From Aliivibrio fischeri ES114 (GTDB lineage: Bacteria > Pseudomonadota > Gammaproteobacteria > Enterobacterales > Vibrionaceae), in NCBI RefSeq assembly GCF_000011805.1, contig NC_006840.2: a DNA stretch of 32,000 nucleotides. One strand, written 5' to 3'. The first letter of the stretch is position 1, and every line of letters starts with the position of its first letter. The notes below the pieces were generated by a model. The model was not told the origin of the DNA, made no database searches, and saw only the letters and a program-made list of their open reading frames with translations. A program made the translations under genes and the position numbers. This document shows positions 18,402 through 28,647 of the stretch, piece after piece.

Positions 18402-19553
18402 ATGATTACGCATGTTGGCATTTTAGATCAAGACCCCGTACGTCTTATCACCCCCCTTTTAGACTTATCTGTTAAAGGGGAACACATGGTATTTATCGGC
18501 GATGAAACTCAAAAAGAGATGTTTCATCGACTCGAGTCAATTCTAAAATATAAAGGGATCAGTTCTGATTTTTTTGAAATCCCAAATATTGTTGATACCC
18601 ATGCAATCAAACAATCATTACAAGCACTTGCTGCTGAAATGAAACTTCACTTTAGTGATATCAAATTAAATGCGAGTTGTGGTCTTCGTCACCGTCTTCT
18701 TTCTGCCTATGAAGTGTTCCGTTCATATCATTGGCCAATCTTTGTTGTAGAGCCATACAGTGATAAATTATGCTGGTTATACCCAGATGGTCGCAAACAA
18801 AAACACGTTGCTGATAATATTCGCTTGAGTGATTATCTTGCTATTTTTGGGGCTCGTTGTGAGTTTTCAGAAACTGAATTACCAGAAAGTATCGATAAGC
18901 GCTTAAGAGAACTATGCCAACGCTGGGCAAGCAACGCATTAGAGTTAGGCCCGGGCTTAGCAACATTAAACTACTTAGCAACCACCTGTCGTAAAGAACA
19001 ACGTTTAGATGTTGAAGTAACAGAGAAACAACAGAGCTATAAAGAACTTAATATGCTACTAACTGACCTTGTAGAAACAGGGTTAGCTACCTATGAAAAC
19101 GGCATATTAACATTCGATTGTGAAGAAGCTCGTCGTTTAGCTAATGGGGAATGGCTTGAAATATTGGTTCACAATACCGTTGTCGATATTCAACAATATT
19201 TACCAACACTGCAAGACCACTCTTTAAATGTACAAGTGCATCGTGAGATTGGTGAAAAAGACGTTCGTAATGAACTTGATGTGGTTAGTATTGTAAATAA
19301 CAAACTGCATATCATTGAATGTAAAACAAAAGGTATGCGTGATGATGGTGATGATACACTTTACAAATTAGAATCATTACGTGACTTACTTGGTGGGCTT
19401 CAAGCTCGTGCAATGTTAGTCAGTTTCCGTCCTTTACGTAATAACGACATTATGCGCGCACAGGATTTAGGCTTAGCTATTATCGGCCCTGATGAATTAG
19501 GCGATCTTAAAAAACACCTTCTTAACTGGTTCTTAGCGGCCGGTGGTCATTAA
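18402..19553 (+). CDS. VC1899-like DUF1887 protein (CARF domain plus PD-(D/E)xK nuclease; Card1/Can2-related)
   Basis: 383 aa; N-terminal Rossmann-like region with LNASCGLRHRLLSAYE; C-terminal nuclease motif ELDVVSIVNNKLHIIECKTK (D-x12-E-C-K); RBS AAGGA. Confidence 0.85.
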   Translation: MITHVGILDQDPVRLITPLLDLSVKGEHMVFIGDETQKEMFHRLESILKYKGISSDFFEIPNIVDTHAIKQSLQALAAEMKLHFSDIKLNASCGLRHRLLSAYEVFRSYHWPIFVVEPYSDKLCWLYPDGRKQKHVADNIRLSDYLAIFGARCEFSETELPESIDKRLRELCQRWASNALELGPGLATLNYLATTCRKEQRLDVEVTEKQQSYKELNMLLTDLVETGLATYENGILTFDCEEARRLANGEWLEILVHNTVVDIQQYLPTLQDHSLNVQVHREIGEKDVRNELDVVSIVNNKLHIIECKTKGMRDDGDDTLYKLESLRDLLGGLQARAMLVSFRPLRNNDIMRAQDLGLAIIGPDELGDLKKHLLNWFLAAGGH

Positions 19554-19629
19554 TATTTTCAATTAAGATCCTCTCTGATACTAAAAAGATCCTGCTGTGG
19601 GCCTTTTTTAATGCTTTTCAATTCATATA

Positions 19630-19662
19630 AAAATGCCGCTGATTCACTATGAACCAGCGGCA
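19630..19662 (-). terminator. Intrinsic terminator of udp
   Basis: Minus-strand TGCCGCTGGTTCA-TAG-TGAATCAGCGGCATTTTTA. Confidence 0.8.
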
Positions 19663-19688
19663 CTCTATATTTCTTTGTGCTCTTCCTA

Positions 19689-20447
19689 TTATAGAAGATT
19701 TCGAGCAGCTTCAATTACCACTTTAATTGAACGCGCTTCTGTTTCTTTTAGCGTTGCGTGATCTGGGATTTCTTTTTGAGTACGGTTAATAATTACACCC
19801 GCAACACAACCTGCACGTAAACCAGAGCTTGCACACATAGTTAATAACGTCGCTGATTCCATTTCAAAGTTCAGTACGCCCATGTCTTGCCATTCTTGCA
19901 TAGAGCCTTGGAAACGCTTAACAACACGACCAGAGAACGTGTCGTAACGCTCTTGACCCGGGTAGAAGGTATCACTTGATGCTGTTACACCTGTGTGTAC
20001 ATTTGCACCTTGGTCAACTACCGCTTTACGCATTGCTGTTGCAACGTCAAAGTCAGCAACTGCTGGGAATTCCATTGGAGCAAAATGAAGACTCGCACCA
20101 TCTAAACGAACTGAACCTGTAGTAACAATCATATCACCTACATTCACATGAGGTTGAATTGCACCAGTTGTACCTACACGTAGGAAAGTACGAACACCTA
20201 ATTGAGCAAGTTCTTCAACCGCAATAGATGTTGATGGACCACCAATACCTGTAGAACATACCACAATCTTCTTGCCATCTAGCTCAGCTAAGTACACTGT
20301 GTATTCACGGTGGCTTGCTAAAAACTTAGGGTTTTCCATTTGTTCTGCGATTTTCTGAACGCGTGCTGGATCACCAGGGATGATCGCCATTTCTGCACCT
20401 TGAAGATCTTCTTTTGTTACGCCTAAATGGAATACTGCTGCTGTCAT
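19689..20447 (-). CDS. udp: Uridine phosphorylase
   Basis: 252 aa; [72 protein letters not shown]. Confidence 0.94.
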   Translation of the reverse strand: MTAAVFHLGVTKEDLQGAEMAIIPGDPARVQKIAEQMENPKFLASHREYTVYLAELDGKKIVVCSTGIGGPSTSIAVEELAQLGVRTFLRVGTTGAIQPHVNVGDMIVTTGSVRLDGASLHFAPMEFPAVADFDVATAMRKAVVDQGANVHTGVTASSDTFYPGQERYDTFSGRVVKRFQGSMQEWQDMGVLNFEMESATLLTMCASSGLRAGCVAGVIINRTQKEIPDHATLKETEARSIKVVIEAARNLL

Positions 20448-20611
20448 GGTTAGCTCCTTGCGGTTTGTAGGGCCGCGTTAATTAAATTAGTTATATTTGA
20501 TTTGATGTAGCTACTCTACCCAATTAAATGACAGCTTTATGTGACAAATGCCTCAAATGGTATGCTTTCATATTACATTCTTGCAAAGAAAATCGATTGG
20601 CATCACATAAA

Positions 20612-20642
20612 AATAGAAAAGCGCTCATAATACGAGCGCTTT
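20612..20642 (-). terminator. Intrinsic terminator of zntA
   Basis: Minus-strand AAGCGCTC-gtattat-GAGCGCTTTTCTATTTTTA. Confidence 0.7.
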
Positions 20643-20677
20643 AATTTGAGTTACTTCACTAATTTATTTCGTTCTTA

Positions 20678-22993
20678 TCACTCTTTTTCTTTAAAACGTA
20701 ATAAGCGAAGTGCATTTAAAGTCACGAGAGCCGTTGCACCACTATCAGCTAACACAGCAACCCATAAACCTGTGATACCAAATAAGCTAGTCACTAAGAA
20801 GACGGCTTTTAAACCAAGCGCTAATGTAATGTTCTGGTGAATATTACTTAGTGTTGCTTTTGATAGTGCCACCATTGGTGCAAGCTCTTCTAAACGGTTA
20901 TGCGTTAACGCAGCGTCTGCAGTTTCCAGTGCCACATCGGTTCCGCCTCCCATCGCAATACCAATTGAAGCCGTTTTCATAGCTGGTGCATCATTAATAC
21001 CATCACCTACCATCGCAGTTTTCGCATTAGCGGTTAATTGCTCAACATATTTCACTTTATCAGAAGGTAATAAACCCGCTTTGTAGTCAATATTTAACTC
21101 TGCTGCTATGGCTTTTGCTGCTCTCTCATTATCACCAGTAAGCATGATTGGTTTAATTCCTAATTTAACCAACTTCTCTACAGCCATTTTAGCATCAGGA
21201 CGAAGTTCATCACGCCATGCTAATAATCCAGAGATCTGCTCATTAATCAGCACCAAAACAACCGTTTTACCTTGCTGCTCTAAGAAAGCGATTTGGCTTT
21301 CAATCTCAGGAATTACTTCGCCATCAAATTGTTGAGGTGCATATAATTCAATATGTTGCTCGTTAACCGTTCCTTTAATACCTTTACCAACAACCGTCTC
21401 ACGATTATCTGCCTCAATAACAGTTAGTCCCTGCTCTTGTGCTTTAACTACAACGGCTCTTGCTAATGGATGCGATGAGCCCATCTCTACCGCTGCTGAT
21501 TGAAGTAAAATACTCTCTTCCGTTTCGGTTTCAGTTAATACTCGAATATCGGTTAAAACAGGTTTTCCTTGCGTCAATGTACCTGTTTTATCAAAAGCGA
21601 TATTTTGAATATGGCCTAACTCTTCTAAAGCAGCGCCACCTTTAATTAATGCACCACGCTTTGCAGCCGTTGCTAAGCCAGAAGTAATCGCTGCTGGTGT
21701 AGAAATTACTAATGCACATGGACAAGCAATCAATAACATAGCTAAACCACGGTAAATCCATGTATCCCATGACTGACCAAACATTAATGGTGGAATAATG
21801 ATAACCAATAACGACAGCACCATCATTGCCGGAGTATACCAACGGCTAAATTTATCAAGGAAACGCTCTAATGGTGCTTTACGTGATTCTGCTTCTTCTA
21901 TTAGGTGAAGAATACGATCAATGGCATTTTCACCTTGAGCTGAAGTGATCTGGATTTCAATAACACGATCATTAACAATAGAACCTGCCATCAATGGATC
22001 GTTTGCCTTTTTATCAACAGGTACAGATTCCCCTGTTAAAGCACTTTCATCAAACGATGCAAACTCAGAAAGTAAAATTGCATCCGCCGCTAATCGGTCA
22101 CCAGGGCTCACCTGCACACGATCACCTACATTCAATTCAGAGGCTGCAACTTCTTCTTTGGTTCCATCACTATTAATTCGTAGAGCGGTATCTGGCACTA
22201 AATCCATTAATGCTTTAACACCACTTCTCGCTTTTGCTGATGCATAGCCTTCTAACTGTTCACCTAACATAAACAATAAGATAACCATTGCCGCTTCAAC
22301 GGTTTCACCTAGATACACTGCACCAATAGCAGCAACCGTCATTAGCGTTTCAATTGAGAATGGTGAACCATTTTTTGCCAAACGAATGGCTTTACGGCCA
22401 ATCGGAATCAAACCAAACAGCCCTGCAACGGTAAATGCAATAGTACCAAGTTCTTTGTTTACTATATTAATGCCTGTAGCAATCACTAAAAAAGCAACCA
22501 ATAGCAATAATAATGCGTTCTTTTTCCAAAATGGCTGAGCTGCATTTTCTGATGTCTTTTTAGTATTAATATCGGTCAGCGGAAAACCCGTTGTTCTAGC
22601 AACGCTTTCAACAACATCAAATACTAATTCATCATTTGTTCGTACAGTAAGTTTTTCTGTTGCAAAAACGACGTTAGCATCAACAACATCTGGAATGGCA
22701 AGAATTGCTTTTTTTAGTTTTGCCGCACAACTTGGGCAATCCATATCAGAAATAAGCCAACTACGAGATAACGTACCTTTCTCGGATGCTTGAGGAATGA
22801 CAACTAAGGGGTCTGATTCTCCAGGATCTGAACCACAACATGAATCAGAACTCGTTGGTTTATCAACACTACTACAACAATCCGCAACGGCACTTTCCGC
22901 TTTGATAGTTGATATTTTTGGCTTCGCACAGCATGAGCTTGATGGATTGTGCTTATGATCATGACAGTGCGTCGATTTATGAGTAGTACACAT
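20678..22993 (-). CDS. zntA: Zn(II)/Cd(II)/Pb(II)-translocating P1B-type ATPase
   Basis: 771 aa; His/Cys-rich N-terminus, HMA motif DMDCPSCAAKL, CPC in ACPCALVISTPAA, DKTGTLTQG, MVGDGINDAPAMK. Confidence 0.93.
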   Translation of the reverse strand: MCTTHKSTHCHDHKHNPSSSCCAKPKISTIKAESAVADCCSSVDKPTSSDSCCGSDPGESDPLVVIPQASEKGTLSRSWLISDMDCPSCAAKLKKAILAIPDVVDANVVFATEKLTVRTNDELVFDVVESVARTTGFPLTDINTKKTSENAAQPFWKKNALLLLLVAFLVIATGINIVNKELGTIAFTVAGLFGLIPIGRKAIRLAKNGSPFSIETLMTVAAIGAVYLGETVEAAMVILLFMLGEQLEGYASAKARSGVKALMDLVPDTALRINSDGTKEEVAASELNVGDRVQVSPGDRLAADAILLSEFASFDESALTGESVPVDKKANDPLMAGSIVNDRVIEIQITSAQGENAIDRILHLIEEAESRKAPLERFLDKFSRWYTPAMMVLSLLVIIIPPLMFGQSWDTWIYRGLAMLLIACPCALVISTPAAITSGLATAAKRGALIKGGAALEELGHIQNIAFDKTGTLTQGKPVLTDIRVLTETETEESILLQSAAVEMGSSHPLARAVVVKAQEQGLTVIEADNRETVVGKGIKGTVNEQHIELYAPQQFDGEVIPEIESQIAFLEQQGKTVVLVLINEQISGLLAWRDELRPDAKMAVEKLVKLGIKPIMLTGDNERAAKAIAAELNIDYKAGLLPSDKVKYVEQLTANAKTAMVGDGINDAPAMKTASIGIAMGGGTDVALETADAALTHNRLEELAPMVALSKATLSNIHQNITLALGLKAVFLVTSLFGITGLWVAVLADSGATALVTLNALRLLRFKEKE

Positions 22994-23041
22994 GAGATAT
23001 TCCTTTGTTAGATGTTAGGTTTGAATTCACTCTCACCATTA

Positions 23042-23073
23042 ACTATAAACCTTAGAGTTAACTCCAAGGTCAA
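23042..23073 (-). promoter_or_regulatory. MerR-family (ZntR-type) operator/promoter of zntA
   Basis: Minus-strand TTGACC-N20-TATAGT with near-perfect dyad ACCTTGGAGTT|AACTCTAAGGT in the spacer (plus coordinates 23049-23070). Confidence 0.8.
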
Positions 23074-23095
23074 GAATATTTTTTATTTGAAACAA

Positions 23096-23119
23096 AAAAA
23101 GACACCGAAGTGTCTTTTT
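23096..23119. terminator. Intrinsic terminator downstream of the CBS gene
   Basis: aaaaagacac-cgaa-gtgtcttttt. Confidence 0.75.
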
Positions 23120-23139
23120 ATAAGAAGAGATGATGAAAA

Positions 23140-23556
23140 TTAAACCGGGTGTTTAAAACAGTGACCTATTGATTCACTAATAGCCTGAAGAACATTACGT
23201 CGAGTAATGATCCCAACCAGCTTACCATCTTCAACCACTGGGTAAATTTTAGGTTTATTGTCTGTCATTGTCTGTGCCAAATCAACAATCGCATCATCAG
23301 GTGTAACAGTTAACACTTCTGTCTTCATCACATCTGCTACAACGTGCGTATCTTGACAATGATAACTCACCCCTAGCAAAGACTTAATTAAATCTTGCTC
23401 AGAAATAAACCCAATAACTTCACGTTGCTCATTAACAACTGGACCACCAATATGTTGTGAAGTAATAAATTGATCTAACGCCGCTGCTAATGACATATCC
23501 GCTGTCAAATATAGAGGTCGTACACTCATGTATTGTTTTACTTTTTTATTTTCCAT
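23140..23556 (-). CDS. Two-CBS-domain protein
   Basis: 138 aa; two CBS units, GGPVVNEQREVIGFISEQDLI and YPVVEDGKLVGIITRRNVL. Confidence 0.88.
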   Translation of the reverse strand: MENKKVKQYMSVRPLYLTADMSLAAALDQFITSQHIGGPVVNEQREVIGFISEQDLIKSLLGVSYHCQDTHVVADVMKTEVLTVTPDDAIVDLAQTMTDNKPKIYPVVEDGKLVGIITRRNVLQAISESIGHCFKHPV

Positions 23557-23684
23557 TATAGCCCCCTAACGTGCTATCGCTTACTTCGATAACTTAAGTG
23601 TGGACTATTTTTGAAAAATTGCTAAATCGCTCTTTCCTATCTCTGTGATGGATAAAACCTATTGAGCATAAAAGAAGTAAAAAA

Positions 23685-25277
23685 TTATGCACTACCTAAC
23701 AAAACGTCGATCAATATTTTCTTATTTTGTTCAACAGAAGACATTACGTTTTCATACCCAGCAGTGTTATTTGTGCGCTCCATTCTATGAATAATAGCTA
23801 GACACTGTTTAATATTCTCTGGGTTTTTCATTAAATTCTTACCTTTCAGCGTTAAAGTAAGAAGCATATAGTTTAAATCTGATGAATACGGATACGTCTG
23901 TCCTATCTTGATCAACTGAAGTCTGTTTTCATCTGCAGATTTTTGAGCTCTAAGCCATTGGTACACTTTATTTAGTTTTTGAAAATGCACCATCGACTGT
24001 TGTAGTAACTGTGGCGAATTCTTTTTGAGGTTCGCTTGATCAAACACTTTATATAAAGCAACACACAACTTCACTTCGCCAGCCATAGCTAAAACACCAA
24101 ATGTAGCAACACGAAATTCATCTGAAGCCACTTTACGCTCAGATAAGAATCGATGATAACAAGTTGCTGCAATTGCTTTTGCTTTATAACGCTTACCTTG
24201 TTTAAACAATTGTCGCGCTATAAAGATATTAATATAACCTTGCAATTCATCACGCTTATCCATTGATACACGTTTTTTCAACGTTATAACTAATTGACCA
24301 AAAAAGCGTCGATATTTTTCTTTATTAAACTGATGATTCGATTTATATACCGTATCAGCAATATCCAAAATCATTTTGTTTAATGTTACTGGTGTAATAC
24401 CAATATGATAAAAACGTTTCATTATCATATTATGAATAAGAGAATGCTCATTATTCTCAATAATAAATGTTAAATACGAATAAAAAGCACTATCACTTTT
24501 TGGATTATTCTCAAACGCTTTTGATAACGACGCTTGCTGCTTACTTTTTTGTTTTGCTTCTTCATATATTTCCGCCAACATTAAATTAGCTTTAAATAAA
24601 TACTTCTTAGAACGCAATAACAACTCAAGAACAGGTATTGCTTTTGGCTTTTCAACCATTTGGCAATACGCCATTAAGTTTTGTGGCATGATTTCGCTTT
24701 TATCATGACGTTGATAAACCTTTTTGAACGTCATAAAGTCTTTTGCTTTATACAGTTCTTCCAACGTCATGTTTAACAGCATTCTATTTTTATATGTGCC
24801 AGTAAACGTTTGTGCTCGCTTGATAAAAGCAGCTTGTGACCCTTTTACTTCCGCAATGAGTTTTTCGATCAATAATGTTAAGTTAAATGACTTTTTAATT
24901 AATTCATCAATATATCCATAATTGATAGGACTATTAACAATAAAATCAGGAAATAACTCCCTAGCATTTAAATCATCAACTTGAGAATCTTCATTTTCAA
25001 TATCAACAATAAAAATAGGTCGCTTACCAAACTTAGCATTCGCTCGTGCGTTATCTACAATTTCAGCAATTACTTCATGCGAAGAGTAATGATATTCAAT
25101 AAAATAATAATCATAGACAGGTAGATCTGATGCTTTCATGCCAAGATTAAAATTATCCGCGCTTTTAAAACCCGCTTTTTGAAAAAATTGACGAATTTGA
25201 GTACTGCGTTCACGTTTTTCAGTAAACACTAAAACATTCATTTGCGGAATACGTCTAATTAATTCGGCACTGCTCAT
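23685..25277 (-). CDS. Receiver-like N-terminus plus TPR/helical-repeat protein of unknown function
   Basis: 530 aa; MNVLVFTEKRERSTQIRQFFQKAGF... CheY-like start, then long alpha-helical region with TPR-like helices (ALAMAGEVKLCVALYKVFDQA, ALPVLELLLRSKKYLFKANLMLAEIYEEA). Confidence 0.65.
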   Translation of the reverse strand: MSSAELIRRIPQMNVLVFTEKRERSTQIRQFFQKAGFKSADNFNLGMKASDLPVYDYYFIEYHYSSHEVIAEIVDNARANAKFGKRPIFIVDIENEDSQVDDLNARELFPDFIVNSPINYGYIDELIKKSFNLTLLIEKLIAEVKGSQAAFIKRAQTFTGTYKNRMLLNMTLEELYKAKDFMTFKKVYQRHDKSEIMPQNLMAYCQMVEKPKAIPVLELLLRSKKYLFKANLMLAEIYEEAKQKSKQQASLSKAFENNPKSDSAFYSYLTFIIENNEHSLIHNMIMKRFYHIGITPVTLNKMILDIADTVYKSNHQFNKEKYRRFFGQLVITLKKRVSMDKRDELQGYINIFIARQLFKQGKRYKAKAIAATCYHRFLSERKVASDEFRVATFGVLAMAGEVKLCVALYKVFDQANLKKNSPQLLQQSMVHFQKLNKVYQWLRAQKSADENRLQLIKIGQTYPYSSDLNYMLLTLTLKGKNLMKNPENIKQCLAIIHRMERTNNTAGYENVMSSVEQNKKILIDVLLGSA

Positions 25278-25396
25278 TTATATTACAACTCTAATGAAAA
25301 CAACAAACACAATATACCAACCTGTAAAAATCAAATTACAATAGTTTTAACAAACACAACACAGTCCGTTTGCATTTAACTCGTTACAGGAATTTC

Positions 25397-25421
25397 GCGC
25401 TACTTTACCACAAAGTAGCGC
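25397..25421 (-). other. Stem-loop downstream of ydiJ (possible terminator without a clear U tract)
   Basis: gcgctacttt-accac-aaagtagcgc perfect 10-bp inverted repeat. Confidence 0.5.
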
Positions 25422-25433
25422 AAAGTTAGATCA

Positions 25434-28400
25434 TTATATGTTAGTCAGTAGCGCTTGTAATGGATGCTTTAACTGCTGTCCTTCAAATCGCTTAACCTGA
25501 CTACGGCATGAATAACCTGTAATCAAGCAACGTTCCTTATCCAAACTAGCTAGATTTCCTTTCCAACTTAATTCATAAATCGCTTTGGATGAGGCTAATT
25601 TTTCTGCCTCATGCCCATACGTTCCTGCCATGCCACAACAGCCAACTGGAACCGTATTTAATTGTAAACCAAAATGACTAAAAATTGCCCTCCACTCCTT
25701 CTCCGCGTTCGGCAATTTCGTTTTTTCCGTACAATGGGCAAATAATTGCCAAGCTCTAGTATCAAATACTGTCGCTTTATCAAATGAGGATAATCGAGGA
25801 TATAGCCATTCATGAACGGTTAACACAGCAAAATCACCACGCTTATCAGCTAAAATCTCATTATACTCATCTCGGTAACAAAGAACTAAAGCAGGATCCA
25901 CGCCAACCATTGGAATATTCAACATAGCGACTTGATTTAAAAATTCACCGCTTGTTTTTGCAGTAGAAGCAAACTGCTTTAAAAACCCTTTAATATGTTG
26001 CGCTTTTCCATTTGGTTTAAATGGAAGTAACATTGGTTTCAAGCCTAAACGTTGAATTAATTCAATAAAATCACTGACCACTTCAGCATCGTAATAGCTC
26101 GTAAATGGGTCTTGAACGATGAGTACATGCTTCTGACGCTCTTTCTCTGAAAGTTCTGATAGCTGTTTCAAGTTAAACTCTGCAATATCATTTGTTCTAC
26201 AACGCTCTTTCAATGTCGGTATAGACAGAAGAGGCATATCGACATAACCGAGTGTTTTCTTCGTAATACTTTTTGTTATTGATTGCTTTAAAACACCATT
26301 AATCAGTTTTGGCGCTTTAGCCATTAACGGCAACATAGTCTCAATATTTGCAACCATATAATCTTTCATCGGACGTTGATAACGACTGTAATAGATATTT
26401 AAGAATCGTGACCTAAAACTTGGCACATCCACTTTTATTGGACATTGGCTCGCACACGCTTTACAAGCTAAGCACCCCATCATGGCTTCATGAACTTCGT
26501 GAGAATAATCGTATTCTCTTTCTTTATTAAACGTGTTTTTAAGGCGATCTATGATCTGTTTAATTGATGGGCGCTTGGTTAATAACTCTTTTTCCAACTC
26601 AATGGGATCGATACCCTGCTCTGAGAGTTGACGTAACCATTCTCGAACTAAACCTGCTCGTCCTTTTGGTGAATGACGTCGATCAGCCGTCACTTTCATT
26701 GATGGACACATTGGCGAACTGGTTTCATAGTTAAAACAGAGACCATTACCATTACATTCCATTGCTTGATTAAAACTGTCTCTTACTTCTACAGGTATTT
26801 GGCGATCATAAAATCCACGCTTAGTGCCACTTACTTTAACCAATTCATCATTACTGTCTAATGGTGTACAGATTTTTCCTGGGTTCATCTTATTGTATGG
26901 GTCAAACGCCGTTTTTACTCGACGCAATTCCGTGAATAGTTCTTCACCAAAGAACTCTGGACCATATTCAGATCGGAAACCCTTACCGTGCTCTCCCCAC
27001 ATTAAACCGCCATATTTAGAGACCAAAGCCACAACTTGATCTGAAATAGTATGCATCAATGCTTCTTGTTCAGGATCACACATATCCAACGCTGGACGCA
27101 CATGCAGAACCCCTGCATCTACATGACCAAACATGCCATAATTTAATTTGTGTGAGTCGAGCAATTCTCTAAACTCTTGGATAAAGTCCGCTAAATTTTC
27201 AGGTGGCACACAAGTATCTTCTGCGAAAGCGACTGGTTTTGCCGCTCCCTTTGTCGCCCCAAGCAGTCCTACCGCTTTTTTGCGCATCGTATATATTTTT
27301 CCGATACTTGCTACATCACTTGTTACTTGATAACCAATGATTCCTGCCGTTCCCGAATGCTGCAATGCTTCTAATTTTTCAATTAAAGTATTAACTTGCT
27401 GCTGTACCTCATCAAGATTAGCTCCGGCAAATTCCACCATATTTAGACCAAGCATTTCTTTATCTGGAACATCGGTGATCAGATCACTCACCGTATGCCA
27501 AACAATATCCTGCTTTGCAAAATTAAGAACACGTGAATCAATGGTTTCTACAGAAAGCGCATTCGCATCTACCATAAATGGGGCATTTCTTAATGCCGCA
27601 TCAAAGCTGTCATATTTAACATTAATTAACGTTCGAGCTTTAGGTATAGGGGTAATATTCACCTTCGCTTCTGTTAAAAAAGCAAGCGAGCCCTCTGCTC
27701 CACATAAAACACGAGTAATATCGAATTCATCATTAGTGGTATCTAAGGCATTTTTTAAATCATACCCAGTCAAGAATCGATTTAATGGCGGAAATTTATC
27801 TTCTATTTTCTGGCGATTATCTCGACACACTTTAGCCGTAACATCTAAAACCTTACGTATTTTCTCCGGCTGCTGATCATAAGATAACTCTGTATTTAAG
27901 CATTCTCCGTTTGCTAAAATAGCAATAACTGCCAAAATATGATCAGATGTCTTGCCGTATTTAAGCGAACCTTGACCTGATGCATCGGTATTGATCATTC
28001 CACCAATCGTTGCTCGGTTACTGGTTGATAAATCAGGAGAGAAGAAAAAGCCATGAGGTCGAAGCGCATCATTTAATTGATCTTTAATTAAACCAGTTTG
28101 AACTCTCGCCCACCCTTCCTCAATATTAATCTCTAATACCTGATTCATATGACGAGAGAGATCAACAACAATTCCTTGCGTTAAAGATTGTCCATTTGTC
28201 CCCGTACCTCCACCACGTGGAGAAAACTGAATAGTTCGATACTCTTCTTTACTTGCCAAGGTCGTTAGACACTCGACATCTTTTGTTGTCTTTGGAAGTA
28301 AAACGGCTTGCGGCAATTGTTGGTAAACACTGTTATCTGTTGCAACAGCTAAACGACTCGAATATGTCGTTTCTATATCACCACTAAAATCAGTACGGCT

Positions 28401-28466
28401 TAATTGCTCTAAATAATCTACAACTTTTGGATCAATCGTAGATTGAAATTGTAACGCTGGTAACAT
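25434..28466 (-). CDS. ydiJ: YdiJ-like FAD-linked oxidase / Fe-S oxidoreductase (D-2-hydroxyacid dehydrogenase family)
   Basis: 1010 aa; PRGGGTGTNGQSLTQGIVVDLSRHMN, LSTSNRATIGGMINTDASGQGSLKYGKTSDH, 4Fe-4S CLACKACASQCPIKVD, C-terminal CCGMAGTYGHE. Confidence 0.93.
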   Translation of the reverse strand: MLPALQFQSTIDPKVVDYLEQLSRTDFSGDIETTYSSRLAVATDNSVYQQLPQAVLLPKTTKDVECLTTLASKEEYRTIQFSPRGGGTGTNGQSLTQGIVVDLSRHMNQVLEINIEEGWARVQTGLIKDQLNDALRPHGFFFSPDLSTSNRATIGGMINTDASGQGSLKYGKTSDHILAVIAILANGECLNTELSYDQQPEKIRKVLDVTAKVCRDNRQKIEDKFPPLNRFLTGYDLKNALDTTNDEFDITRVLCGAEGSLAFLTEAKVNITPIPKARTLINVKYDSFDAALRNAPFMVDANALSVETIDSRVLNFAKQDIVWHTVSDLITDVPDKEMLGLNMVEFAGANLDEVQQQVNTLIEKLEALQHSGTAGIIGYQVTSDVASIGKIYTMRKKAVGLLGATKGAAKPVAFAEDTCVPPENLADFIQEFRELLDSHKLNYGMFGHVDAGVLHVRPALDMCDPEQEALMHTISDQVVALVSKYGGLMWGEHGKGFRSEYGPEFFGEELFTELRRVKTAFDPYNKMNPGKICTPLDSNDELVKVSGTKRGFYDRQIPVEVRDSFNQAMECNGNGLCFNYETSSPMCPSMKVTADRRHSPKGRAGLVREWLRQLSEQGIDPIELEKELLTKRPSIKQIIDRLKNTFNKEREYDYSHEVHEAMMGCLACKACASQCPIKVDVPSFRSRFLNIYYSRYQRPMKDYMVANIETMLPLMAKAPKLINGVLKQSITKSITKKTLGYVDMPLLSIPTLKERCRTNDIAEFNLKQLSELSEKERQKHVLIVQDPFTSYYDAEVVSDFIELIQRLGLKPMLLPFKPNGKAQHIKGFLKQFASTAKTSGEFLNQVAMLNIPMVGVDPALVLCYRDEYNEILADKRGDFAVLTVHEWLYPRLSSFDKATVFDTRAWQLFAHCTEKTKLPNAEKEWRAIFSHFGLQLNTVPVGCCGMAGTYGHEAEKLASSKAIYELSWKGNLASLDKERCLITGYSCRSQVKRFEGQQLKHPLQALLTNI

Positions 28467-28647
28467 TGCTCCATGCTCCTTAACTCGCTGATCCCTCAGC
28501 CCTATAATGTTGTTCTATACACACTTTACAGCATCTCGATTGGATAAAACATCCGGTATATGCTATATCCGATAAATATTTGCCGCTTTAAAGGCACATA
28601 TTTTGCTTTGATAATTATTATCTGTGACATTTTTAATAGAGAACGCT

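Noticed and set aside
20520-20550. CRP-like site (TGTGACAAATGCCTCA) upstream of udp
   Set aside because: Only the left half-site matches the consensus; too weak to call despite CRP/CytR control of udp in E. coli.
21108-22247. Several short plus- and minus-strand ORFs inside zntA
   Set aside because: Shadow ORFs of the P-type ATPase gene.
26824-27876. Plus-strand ORFs including a 179-aa frame
   Set aside because: Antisense to the well-supported ydiJ frame; no start context or domain signature.
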